A DNA stretch of 63,635 bases, counting the filler, from Craspedostauros australis (lineage: Eukaryota): assembly GCA_030167865.1 (NCBI GenBank). It is 5 parts of 5 records of this genome, joined end to end, with 100 filler letters (N's around TTAATTAATTAA, not from the genome) between each part and the next. Parts side by side here need not be neighbours in the genome. Positions count along the whole stretch, not along the records: positions 29,393 to 55,318 come from JALAGF010005631.1; 4 more parts are not named here. One strand, 5' to 3'. Positions 36,716 through 48,427 of this stretch are shown here, piece after piece. Made by a program: the position numbers and the translations under genes. The notes beneath the pieces are model-generated. The model was not told the origin of the DNA. It ran no database searches and saw only the letters and a list, made by a program, of their open reading frames with translations. Position 1 is the first letter of the stretch. Every line of letters begins with the position of its first letter.

Positions 36716-39438
36716 TCAGCAGCCGTTGCCAAAGTAGACTCGGACGGATCTTCCGAAATTGCCTTTGTCAATCAGGATCTGCCCGTCGTATTCCACCTTG
36801 AGTGCTGCAGTGCCATCGCGGCCATTATCGCGAGCGACGAATCGGTAGCAGAGGTCGGGGTCGAGCATGCGTTCCTCGGTGTACTCCAAATTCGGCCTGA
36901 CGCGACGCCGCCGGAAGTATCGCTTGCGCGGGATCGCGTTGACCTGCCGCATGGCGAAGCGCGTTCTGTCCATGTAGCAGTCGTCGTCCGTCTTCATGTA
37001 GAAAGAGAACTTGACGAGGTTCGACTCGGTGGTGGGAAGGCTCGTTGGTGCTGATGATGGGACCGGACTGGGGTTTGCTCCACTGAGAACACCATTTTCG
37101 CTGTCTGTCGGTCTTGAGGTTGGCGCAGAAGTTGGCAATGCCGTTGGTACTGCTGTCGGATTGGAGGTTGGATTGGAAGTTGGAGCCATCGTCGGTGTGT
37201 CTGTTGGTGTGGAGGTCGGGAGGGGGGCGTTTCCATTTTCTTCGCCACCTCCTGTTGGTGCCGACGTTGGCGCTGACGTTGGTAAATCTGTCGGTAAATC
37301 TGTCGGTGAGTCTGTTGGAAGAGCTGTGGGTGATGCAGTCGGCGAAGCGGTCGGCGATGCAGTCGGTAACGCTGTCGGTGAAGCTGTCGGCGAGGAAGTT
37401 GGCAATGCAGTCGGTGAAGCTGTCGGCGAGGAAGTCGGTAATGCTGTCGGTAACGCTGTCGGTGAAGCGGTGGGCAAGCTGGTCGGAGCATCAGCCCCAG
37501 ACCCCGTCGGCGACGCCGTGAAGCTGCCCGACTCTCCACAGCCGTATCCGAATTCTTCGGATGTGAGCTTGAACCCGAAGGTGCTTGCCGTGAAGACCTC
37601 TATGTTGTCGAGCAGCACCGTGATATCGCCGTTTCCCTTGGAACAGCACAATCCATCCTGACCGACATCGAAGATTTCAAACTCGTAGCATGAGTTTCTC
37701 GGAACGCATTCCTGCTGGATGTAGGTGGCGTCGTTGCCAAACCCCATGACGTTGAAGATGGGGACGGTGTCCCTTGCGAGAGTCCAGATGATCTGCGGGC
37801 CGCCCCCGTCCGTGTTGAGCCGCACCTCCAAGATCACCTCATCGCTGTTGCAGTTGCCTGGGTTGTTGTAGGTGCCGGCCATGAAATCGGCAGCGGCCTT
37901 GGCGTCGACGATCCCGTTTCCGAAGGAGGTGTCGAAGCCCGGCGTCCCTCCATCGACCGCCGTGCGCTGGATGGCCCGACGAACGTCGTCAGGCGATGCG
38001 CCCGGGTTGGCGCTCATGAGCAATGCCGCGACGCCCGCAACGTGCGGTGCGGCCATGGAGGTCCCGCTGAGCTTGACGGTGATATCGGGATTGGCGGCTG
38101 ACAGACTGAAGATGCCGATGCCGGGAGCCGCGACATCGACGTATCCGTTGCTCGTGGACAGCGCGGCGATCTCGCGATCCGACTTGACAGCCGCTACACT
38201 GAGGACGGAACTATGCGCCGCGGGGTATTCGAAGGTCTCCGCTCCGGTGTTGCCCGCGGCGGCAATGGCGAGGATGCCTTGCGACTTCCATTCGTCGAAT
38301 TGCAGTTCTTCCGCGAGGCTCCTGCTGCCGCCACCGAGACTCATGTTGATGACGGTGGCGCCGCTGTCTACGCAACGCTGGGCTGCCGCGAGGAGCTCCG
38401 ATACGCGCACCGTACCTGCTGCTGCGTTGGTGACGTCAAACATCTTGACGATGACGAGCTTGGCGTTTGGTGCGACGCCGACGCTGGCAATGTCGTTGTC
38501 TTCGGCGGAAATGGTTCCGGCCACGTGAGTTCCGTGACCATCCTCGTCGTCTTGCTGCGTTCGTCGTGGAAGCGGTGATGTGAACGAAGGTAGAGTGCAA
38601 GTTGTGGCCGCGTGACGGCACGAGCAGGGAGTCGAGCACGGTGGAGATAAGAACGTGAGCATGAATCAGATGGCAACCAGATGGCAAACGTATGTGTCGT
38701 AGTAGTCGCAGCACGCCTCACTGAGCAGCCATACGGCTCTCTGCATGCTCGTATCGATGCTGCACTTACGAAAGTTTCATCGCCGACATCATCGAACATA
38801 TGGAAGCCTGCCACGATCTTGCTCTCGTCCAGGTCGTTGTGACGCGCCAGACCGCTGTCAATGACGCAGACCGTGACGCCGTCACCTCGGTTGCCATAGT
38901 TGGGATCGTCCCACACCTCGCGGGCGCGGATCATCTCGAAGCCGTAGCCATCGCTCTGCACCAGCCGCCGCCTCCTCCGATCCGCGGGGTCCTCCGGCTC
39001 CACGATGGTTTGGATCAGATGCCGCTCGGGATCTTCCTCGAAGTCCAAGACATCCCTGAGCTCCATGATCTGCTCCTCCTCAAACTTCTTGATTTCCAGA
39101 GCCACATACCGCGTCCCGTCCATCGCGTTGGTGATCCTGACTGCATCTTTGCCTTCCTTGGCCTGCAGCTCCTTCAGCTCCTCGAGGCATTCCTGCTCCT
39201 TGCCTAGCTTGCAGTGCACCATGATGTGCTCGCTGCGATCGAATATCGACAGGTCCCTCCGCAGGTTGCCGGTCTTTGTCTGCGCGTCTGTCGTTTCTGT
39301 TGGCAGCAACTTCAGCGGATCCGCGGGTCTTTGATCGCCATCGTGATGCAGCGGACGGGCATGCGTGTTCAGGCTTTCCGCGCTGCCATCGACGCACACC
39401 GATGCGGCCAGCACAGCCAAGGTGGACAGGTGCTTCAT
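36716..39438 (-). CDS. Secreted subtilisin-like S8 serine protease, paralogue 2 (exons 39438-38770, 38554-36716)
   Basis: MKHLSTLAVLAASVC signal; VIDSG / DGHGTHVAG / GTSMAAPHV; AAAGN. Phase-0 GTAAGT...CGCAG intron 38769-38555 at the same site as paralogue 1. Long PTxxPT linker between two related C-terminal domains. Confidence 0.95.
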
Positions 39439-41530
39439 GCTGCGGTGACACTGCGATCGCCAGTGTTGTGATGGCTGATGGCTGGTGGCTGGTGGCTGAC
39501 TAGATGGTGGCTGATGGCTGACTAGGTGATCCAGAGATTGTGGGATGGTGCAGATGCGAGGTCGAGAGTGAAGGCTTTCTTTCTCGTGGCTCCACCTGCT
39601 GCCAGCACACAAACATTGGCACGTATTAGTACAAGCAGTTGTATTGTCAAGTGTGCTCGTGCGTATTGTTGTCCTCCTTCGGTGTTGTCCTCCTTCGGCG
39701 GTAGCCTTGTGACCCATCAGGATGCTCTGCTTTGTTGCGTCTTTTGTGGTCTCCTGCGCGCGCAGATCTTGGTTTTTCCCTCCTTCGCGCAAGTGCGTTG
39801 GACTCATAACTATGACACTGCTCGCGACTGGTCGTGGGCGAATCCACCTCGAAAAAGACTGCACAGGCGTCACCTCGTCGCATTTTGTCCTCACCTGTCA
39901 TCCCCGACGACGTGCTTTAGACACCTGTTTGTGTATTCCGCCAATCAACACGATACTTCACAGAAATTTGGAGGCCGCAGGTTAATCATCAATGAGCTGT
40001 CCAGCTCGTCCGACGAAGTTTCTTTCTTTCCACAAAGTCCCATCGTGTGCCTGGATACCATAAATGCAGTCTTGCCTGCCTGTGAACTTCAAGACACATG
40101 TAAGTCATCTCAGCCTCTGTGACCTTGATTCTGACCGTTGCTTCGTTGGTGCACACATCGGATACCTCACATTTTGTCAACCGCAAAGCAACGATGCGCG
40201 CAACGCTGATGGTGGGGTTGGGGAGTGTGTGTTGACTATGTGGAACAGAGAGGAGAATGGAGGAGGTGTGGCACGAAGTGCGCCGCATGAGGCACGATCT
40301 ATGCGAGAGTGTAAAGCGTTGTCAAGGACAGCGGTGACAACTTACATAGTCGTAGGTACTCTGAGGGTATGTCCTCTTCATGTACGAAACGCAGTCGCAT
40401 TGCGGCGTATTCTGCTTGTGTTGTTGGAATCAAGTTTTTCGCACGATCCCACTTTCCTTCTTGGGCATGAAAGAAGCGAAAGGGTACAAGGCGCATGACG
40501 TCTTCCTCGCCCTGGTGTCAGAGATACTCGCGCGAGCTGCTCTACTCGTGTAGTACCCACAGCCATTGGTGTCCAACTCAGGCGAGGAAGGGAAAGAGAC
40601 TGACCGGTGGGAATGGGCGGCGAGGACCTCGTGTGTCGAGAATGGACTTGGTCTCTGTATCTCTCTGGAGATTCGCTTTGCATGTCGCAACATCCAATCG
40701 TCGGGCACGAGGAAAAGAATAGTGCACGAAAAGCTGTAGGATGCAAACAAGGCATCGGTTGTTCGCGTGCAGATGTGTGCAGATGTTGGCGGTAGATGAA
40801 TCATCGTTGCATACCAAATGATGCACTGGGAGATGTGGAAGGGCTCTGGTTCTGTTGGTGCGCTTTTGATTGTTTCCGTCTAGCTCGGACTGGCAAACTA
40901 CGTGTGACAATTTTGACATTTCTTTGGGGTATAAGGTATAAACAAACTAGAATCAATATAATGAAATCAATGAAGACATGAATCGGACACCATATAACGT
41001 CTACTTAACCATCAATGCTGAAATGATACATTATACGTGAATGGACTCATAGTTGTGAGTATATTACAATAAATAAATATATTACGATGAACACGTCGAG
41101 GAATGGAAACGGACACACCTTGCATTTTGGCGGACACAATAAGTCCTGTAAAAGTTGGTCTACTTTTTCAATAGTATCGGGCCGATAAACGGACATATTC
41201 GGAGCCTAGTGAGCACGAATGTAGATCAGATAGGCTCTACGCGCAATAGCATGGCAAAGCGCGAGGATTACAAGCTACAAATCCACCGAAGCACAAGTGC
41301 TTGCTGGACAGAGAACATGGCCAGCGCACACATGCACAAGTTATTGCATGAGCTGGCTATCAGTACGAAGGCTTTTCGATTCATTCTCTAACAGTTGTCT
41401 CTATGGGATTGTACTTTATCGGATTTTTCTGTTGTGTTTTGTTTCGCTCCGTTTCATTTCACGGGCCCTACGCTCTGCTGATGATGGTAGTATTGCATAG
41501 TACCATCCTGCCATCGTGCATGATTTGCAT

Positions 41531-44258
41531 CTACTTTGATTTGCACTTTGACTCGCAGTTGATCTTGTAGACGTACTGCACCACAGGCTTGTTGTCCGAG
41601 ATGTTTGCGTGGCAACATCGCGGGATGTTGGCGTTGTCGCTCTTGGGAGTGAGGACGGTATCATCTGCCACGAAGACGTCGATGATTGCGACGGAAGCTC
41701 CTCCCTGGCATTGGGCATTGAATTGGATGGTTTCCTTCGGTGCGACATTGTCGGATTCGAAGCATTCCAAGTCGCCCGTTACCTCGTTTCTGTGGCTGAG
41801 CCACACAGAGTCGATGGTGCTAAGCCATGTCTGTCTGAATTCGTAGGTGACCACGTCTTTGCCGCGGCTGACGATGTCGATTGGGAGGAATGGCGCGGCA
41901 GTCTTCCCGACAGTCATTACCAGCTCAATATCTTCCGGGCAACTGGTGGACGTTACCGACGAATCCGCGCCATCATCTTGCGCCGTTGGTGCGGATGTTG
42001 GCGCCGTGGTTGGAGGGGTTGTGGGCTTGTCTGTTTTTCCGTTCGTTGGCGTGGCAGTAGGTGCTGCAGTTGGCGAGCTTGTAGGTCCGCTGGTTGGTGC
42101 CGCAGTTGGTGGGCTTGTGGTTCCGTTTGTTGGGCCAGATGTTGGGCCAGCGGTTGGGTTGCTCGTCGGCTCCGAAGTTGGGCTGCTAGTTGGTCCGCTG
42201 GTTGGCCCTGATGTTGGTGAGCTGGTCGGGCTGCTGGTTGGAGAAGCCGTTGCTCCGGCTGTTGGCATCGCAGTCGGTGAGGCAGTAGGTACCGCCGTCG
42301 GTCCAGCTGTTGGAGACGATGTTGGAGACGATGTTGGCGAGCTGGTAGGGGAAGCATTGTCGGGTGATTGGTTCGAAGAGAGGAATGAAGCTGCCTCATT
42401 TCCACAGCCATATCCAAAGTCGCTGGATTCGAGCTTGGACGTGAAGCTGCTTGCGGTGAACACCTCGACGGTGTCGAACAGCACCTTTATGTTACCTTCT
42501 CCCTGGACGCAGCAAAGACCGTCGGAGCCGACGTCGTAGACGGAGAACAGGTAGCACGAGTTTCTTGGGACGCATTCCTTCTGGACGTAGCTGGTGTGAT
42601 TGTTGAAACCCATCGTGGTGAACATGGGGATCGTGTCGCGCTGCAGAGTCCAGATGGTCTGGGCTCCAGCGCCGTCGGTCGTGAGCTGCACCTCCATGAG
42701 GACCTCGTCGCTGTTGCAGTTGCCGACGTTGTTGTGGGTGCCGACCAAGAAATCAGCGGCGGCCTTGGCATCGACGATGCCGTATCCGAACGAAGGATCC
42801 ACGCCTTCGTCGCCTTCGTCGACGGCGCTGCGCTGAATAGCACGGCGGATGTCGTCGGCAGATGCGTTGGGGTTGGCGCTCATCAGCAGCGCGGCAACAC
42901 CCGAAACGTGCGGGGCAGCCATGGAGGTGCCGCTGAGCTTCACAGTGACATCTGGGTTGAAGGCCGAGAGACTGAAGATGCCAATGCCCGGGGCCGCGAC
43001 ATCGACGTAAGCGTTGCTTGTGGAGAGGGCGGCGATCTGACGATCCGACTTCACGGCTGAAACACTCACAACGGATGTGTGTGCTGCTGGGTATTCGAAG
43101 CTGGACGTGCCCGTGTTGCCAGCGGCGGCAACTGCGAGGATTCCCTGTGACTTCCATTCCATGAAGGCCTGCTCCTCGGCGAGGCTTCTGCTGCCGCCAC
43201 CGAGACTCATGTTGATGACCCTGGCGCCGCTGTCCACGCAACGTTGGGCCGAGGCGATGAGGTTGGACGCACGCACCGTGCCTGCTGCTGCGTTCGTGAC
43301 ATCGAACATCTTGACGATGACGAGCTTGGCGTTTGGTGCGACGCCGACGATGCCGACACCGTTGTCTTCGGCGGAAATAGTTCCAGCGACGTGGGTTCCA
43401 TGACCGTCCTCGTCATCTTGCTGCGATTGTCAAGAAAGTAGAGTTGAGTAGAGTAGACATGAGTAGAGTCATGAAAAGAAAGAAGAGAAGAGTGTGAGCA
43501 TCAATCGTCGACCACATTGAGCTGCAAGCCACACTGCTGCTCGTACAGAGATGTGTTTCTGGAGTATCAAACTCCATGATATCACACTCTATCGATGCTG
43601 CACTTACGAAAGTTTCATCGCCGACATCATCGAACATGTGGAAGCCCGCGACGATCTTGCTCTCGTCCAGATCGTTGTGACGTGCCAGACCGCTGTCAAT
43701 GACGCAGATGGTGACGCCGTCGCCTCGGTTGCCATAGTTGGGATCATCCCACACCTCGCGGGCGCGGATCATCTCGAAGCCGTATCCCTCGTTCTGCTCC
43801 AGCCGCCGTCTGTCATCGGCCGGCTCTTCGGTAGCCTCGATCAAATGCCGGATCGGATCCATCTCGAAGTCGAAGACCTCCTTGAGCTCCATGATCTTGC
43901 TCTCCTCAAACTTCTTGATTTCGAGGGCGACGAAGCGAGTTCCGTCCATCGTGTTGGTGATCCGCACGGCGTCGGGTCCTTCCGTTTCCTGCAGCTCCTT
44001 CAGCTCCTCGAGGCATTCCTGCTCCTTGCCAGTCTTGCAGTGCACCATGATGTGCTCGCTGTCATCGAACTGCGCCAGGTCTCTGCGCAGATTGCCGCGC
44101 TTGGCCGCGGTGGGCTTGGTCGTCGCCTGGAATGGGCGTCCGCTGAGTGGATCTACCTCTCCTCCGAGCTGATGCAACGGACGGGCATGCTCAGCGGCGT
44201 GGGCGACATCAGTGCATGCCGATGCGACCAGCATGGCCAAAGTTGAGATGGGCTTCAT
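41531..44258 (-). CDS. Secreted subtilisin-like S8 serine protease, paralogue 3 (exons 44258-43608, 43420-41531)
   Basis: MKPISTLAMLVASAC signal; same triad motifs; intron 43607-43421 at the same site. PT linker followed by a different Cys-rich terminal domain (CPEDIELV...IPRCC...INCESKC). Confidence 0.95.
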
Positions 44259-46616
44259 GGTTGTTTGTTGAAGCACTATATAACACTACACTAAACTGGA
44301 ACGAGTGTATCGTGGTGGATGAGTTGCTCTGGGAGATGCTGAGAGCTGGTTTTGTGGCGATTGTGGAGAGGGCTTTGCTTGGGCTGCTGAACTCTCGGGC
44401 TGTTGTATTGTTTTGGTTGCGGTTGTTACTGTCGCCGGTGTTAGCGTTGCTGTGAGTGTTGGTTCGGGAAAGAGTAGAGTAGAGTAGAGTAGAGTAGAGT
44501 AGAGCGGAATGGAGAGCTCTAATTGCTGTTACTCGTACTGTGCTCGGGCGTAGTTTTGTGAGTGCTACTGAAGTGGCTGCTGTGGGTGATGTGCCGTTTG
44601 TGTTGCTTTCCGTGGTGGATTGGCGTTGAGGAGCTTTCGATTTTTGTGAGCAGAAATCGGTTCAGTCCGGATCGAGGTGCTTTTTGCACGAAGGCTGTTG
44701 CAGTTTGTCAAGTTTTATTGTCGCGCCAACGTGCGTGCCAGAACCATCTTGTGGGATATTTCATGTGTTTCACAACTGTGTTACGCCTTCGCCACTTTGT
44801 ACCTTTCGCCGGTCAGTCATTGGCAGATTCTGAAAAAGACCCAACACACTTTCGCTCCTCACATGTGCGGCTCTGAGCTTATGTGTGTATGTCCGTCCAA
44901 TAAGTCCTCCACGCCTACATTATTAAATGTTCAGTCGATTTAATCATGAGCGTAACTACGACGTTCTCAAGCAGAAGATAGGCCATCTTCGCCTATCGTG
45001 CGCTCACTTTGTTGCTGCCCACACTCACAAGCGTCCGTTGCGCGAGTTATGCACGATCTGTGGTGCGCCTGTCTTCGCGGGTTTGGTTGCCACAGAAAGT
45101 TCCTTGTGAAATGCCAAAGCGAAAGTCCGTTTTGGCACAGTGGCACATTTTTGCCTTGTACGGATGAATCCATTCGGCATCGTTGCCGGTTTCGCACAGA
45201 CACCACACCACACGCACGTGCCCGTCGTTATCAACGTAACTCGTTTTTGTGCGTTGTTCGCGGTTGTGGATACGGCTGTGACAGTGGCACGTGCAGGTTG
45301 TGTGGTATTCTTTGGTCAATTGCCAAGTATAATATTTCACAAGGTATCTCTGGGTTGCTCTCCAAAGTGTCTGCTACGACCATGTGGCTTCGTGCCACTC
45401 TGGGAGGCCACATCAGCCCTTCCATTGATGGACGTGCCAAACGATCCTTTCTCCACAAGAGGAAAAGAGCTGGTCAACGCCGCAGGAACGTCACTTCCAG
45501 AAGCGGCAGTTCATGAAGTATCAATCCAAAGGTCACGGACGTTGTTTTCCGCTGTGCCTGGAAAGCCACAGGAATCGACACTGTTGGAGCGGGGATTTTC
45601 ATGCTATTGACAGGGATGATACTGGCACAAGCTCTGCTCTGCCATACGTCGTATGATCTGCTCGTATCACGCCAACATGATCCGATGGCATCCCAACAAC
45701 AACGAAGAACGTCAGATAGTCAGATAGCGGAAGCAATATTGGACGTCTTCGTTCGCAACCGACGAGCCACCTCGTCCATGACCCAAGAAGCGAAAATAGT
45801 TTGCAAAGAAGAAAGGCAGCAAGGGCAGGAATCACACCAGTCACACGCGAAGGTGTTGTTGTCAAGGTTGATACCGACAAGACTTGACTACGATCAAGGT
45901 CATCCATGGCAGAAGTTTCTCAGAAGGCCTGTCTTCCACAGCTAAGAACGACAGCATAACTCTTACTATATTCTCTTTGCCCGCTTCTTCGCCTCGTAAC
46001 TTGTGGCGGTGATAGACGCAACGTACGACTATGAACCTATCGACGGACAAGGCAAGCACCCGCAACTCGACGAAGCACAAAGATAGAGATTCATCTCGGC
46101 AGATCGGCGGGGTGCCACCTAAAGGAATCTCTGCCGGCAACTGCATGAGACCAAAAGCATTCCACCTTGATCACACTCGTGGGAAACCTAGGTCGTATCC
46201 CAGTTGTGTTGGTGCAGCGTGCAGCGCAACGGCCATCGCTAACGTCTATTATACGACCTATAGAAGGCAACTCATGCGCAGTGTTGTGCTTTTCCCTCTT
46301 GCGTTTGCGACAGCGCGAAAGATCTATTGTGCTCTGCTCGATCTTTCGCAGCGTAAACCCACCAAAGATGCAGCGTGGTGCTCCATGTTCACGTTCGTGT
46401 TCACGTTTCTCCGCCTCTTGACTCTGTGATGCATCAAATGCCATGCAGTTTGCCGTACTCAACAATCGCGCATGACCAGCCGAATCATTGCAGAAGGCTC
46501 TGTGGACGCTGCTTCCTTCCATGGGGATGGTGCATGGCATGTCCGTTTTGGAGCCTCGAAATCCACGAACCAACCCTGCGCATCAACTCGTGGTGTTTCG
46601 CCCACGGATTGATTGC

Positions 46617-48182
46617 TCAGAGGATCGAGGCCTCGACGTCGAGCAAGACCTTGATGGACGACCGGAATCCATGCCACTGATCGTCATCATCGTGGTTGAT
46701 GCGATCGAGACAGGCCTGAACTTCGGCTTTGCGATTGCGCAGCATGGCTTGCAGGATGTCGTCGCGAAGCTGCTTGGCCGCTGATGCGGTGGCGACGTCC
46801 GCCCCGAGCTGCTTCGCAATGTTCACCATCGCGTCCAACGCTTGTACCATGCTTTGCCGCAGAGGTTTGTGCGCGCCGTGATAGGACAGTACGGGGCGGT
46901 CTTCGCTGTCAGCCTGCGTGGGATCCAGCTGCTGCTGCAACGTGGCGGTGTATTGTGGCAGGAAGACGTTGGGCCGGGCCTCCTGACATGCCTGCAGCAA
47001 ATCCGGAATGTCGAAGAGCGCCACGCGTTGAGGATTGTCGTGCGTGCAGAAACCGTACGCAAAGAGGAGCTTGACGTTGTCGCGGTCTTCGCCGTAGCTG
47101 AGGAAGACCTGGTCGTCGGCTTTGTAGGAGACGGTCTCATCCGCGTAGAGATGCCAGTGCAGGCGGTCCGTGCTTTCCACTCGCTTTGACTGCGACGGTG
47201 GCGAGCTCTTGCCGAATCCCTTCTTCCGGCCCTTGTTGGATTTCTTGTTGTCTTTTGCTGCCTTCGACTTGGCTCCAAAGCCACCTTTGCCGGAACTGTC
47301 AGCATGCTGGACGAGAATGAGCCTACATCTCCCTTTTTGGACGTCATGATTCAGCATGTCCAACAACGGCACCATCATGCGCGGCACGCTGCCCGAAGCC
47401 ATCTCCACCATGGTCTTGGGATGCAGAGCGTCGAGTTCCGGAGCGCTGATGGATCGGGATCGCACGAGGGAGATCGCCCACAGGAAGTCGTCCAGCGAGA
47501 TGCGGTTGTCATCGTCGTCTTGCGCTTTGCCCAAATCCAAAATATCCATCAAGGATCGATGCAACGCAGTCGCGTACGATATGGATATCTCGGCAGATCG
47601 TTGGTAGCACTTGGGCAGGCATTCCCGCAACGCCTGCGGCATATTGTAGATGGATGGCTGGAACGTCGGCAGCGTTTGCACATAGACTAAGCCATCATCC
47701 TGAGGCATAACGGATGTCTGCTGTTGCTGTTTCAGCTTGCACAATCCCCACGCCAACACCTGCTCGTCATTCAATGGCGCCGCGTCATTTTGCGAGGAAG
47801 ACACGAGGCCTCTTGCTTGTTCGAACAATTCTGGGTAGGTCTGCAAGAAGCGCAGAGATGTCCAGACGTCGTCGTATGGGACGGAGAGCAAGAGATTGTT
47901 GCTGGCGCTCTTGTCATCCGATGCCGCCGAACGATCCACCGTGGTTTGCAATCCTCGGCCCGTGTCAGGAAAGCCGTGGAGCTTGAGATGGAATGGATCC
48001 AACTTCTGCTGTATCCACGCTTCGGCGTGTTCTGGAATGGATCGTCGGAATGTGGAAGACGACGACGATGATGGGCGTTGTGCTGGCTGCTGTAATCGCA
48101 CTCGCATTCGTGCTCGCAGCAGTTTTGGGGTTTGTGATGATGTCAGGAACAACCACAGTGGAGAGAGGAGGAGACTGTGCAT
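46617..48182 (-). CDS. SET-domain lysine methyltransferase, Rubisco LSMT/SETD3-like
   Basis: TGRGL, FLWAISLVRSRS, MVPLLDMLNHD, QVFLSYG, LLFAYGF. Hydrophobic N-terminus from ATG 48182 suggests a targeting peptide; ORF is open from 48263. Confidence 0.88.
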   Translation of the reverse strand: MHSLLLSPLWLFLTSSQTPKLLRARMRVRLQQPAQRPSSSSSSTFRRSIPEHAEAWIQQKLDPFHLKLHGFPDTGRGLQTTVDRSAASDDKSASNNLLLSVPYDDVWTSLRFLQTYPELFEQARGLVSSSQNDAAPLNDEQVLAWGLCKLKQQQQTSVMPQDDGLVYVQTLPTFQPSIYNMPQALRECLPKCYQRSAEISISYATALHRSLMDILDLGKAQDDDDNRISLDDFLWAISLVRSRSISAPELDALHPKTMVEMASGSVPRMMVPLLDMLNHDVQKGRCRLILVQHADSSGKGGFGAKSKAAKDNKKSNKGRKKGFGKSSPPSQSKRVESTDRLHWHLYADETVSYKADDQVFLSYGEDRDNVKLLFAYGFCTHDNPQRVALFDIPDLLQACQEARPNVFLPQYTATLQQQLDPTQADSEDRPVLSYHGAHKPLRQSMVQALDAMVNIAKQLGADVATASAAKQLRDDILQAMLRNRKAEVQACLDRINHDDDDQWHGFRSSIKVLLDVEASIL

Positions 48183-48427
48183 GTTGTTGGCGATGTGGAC
48201 TATGTGTGTTTGTATGAGTATTATAGAATACGATCTATCCAAGATGGAGTGCGAGGATGGCACGAGAGTATACTGCTCTCAATTGCGCTGCCCTTACTCA
48301 GGGTATGGCACGAAGTTGTGTCCATGTGAATGATGTTGTGGCAAAGTGATGGATCTTTGCCGGCATTCATCTGTTTGATTTGATTTGATTTGATGTGAGG
48401 GTTCTCATTTGTGTCATGCGATTGCCT

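Noticed and set aside
36994..43441. Long antisense ORFs (VGxxVG-rich) opposite the subtilisins, with similar ones opposite the Cys-repeat gene and RPL18A
   Set aside because: Shadows of GC-rich, repetitive sense-strand codon usage.
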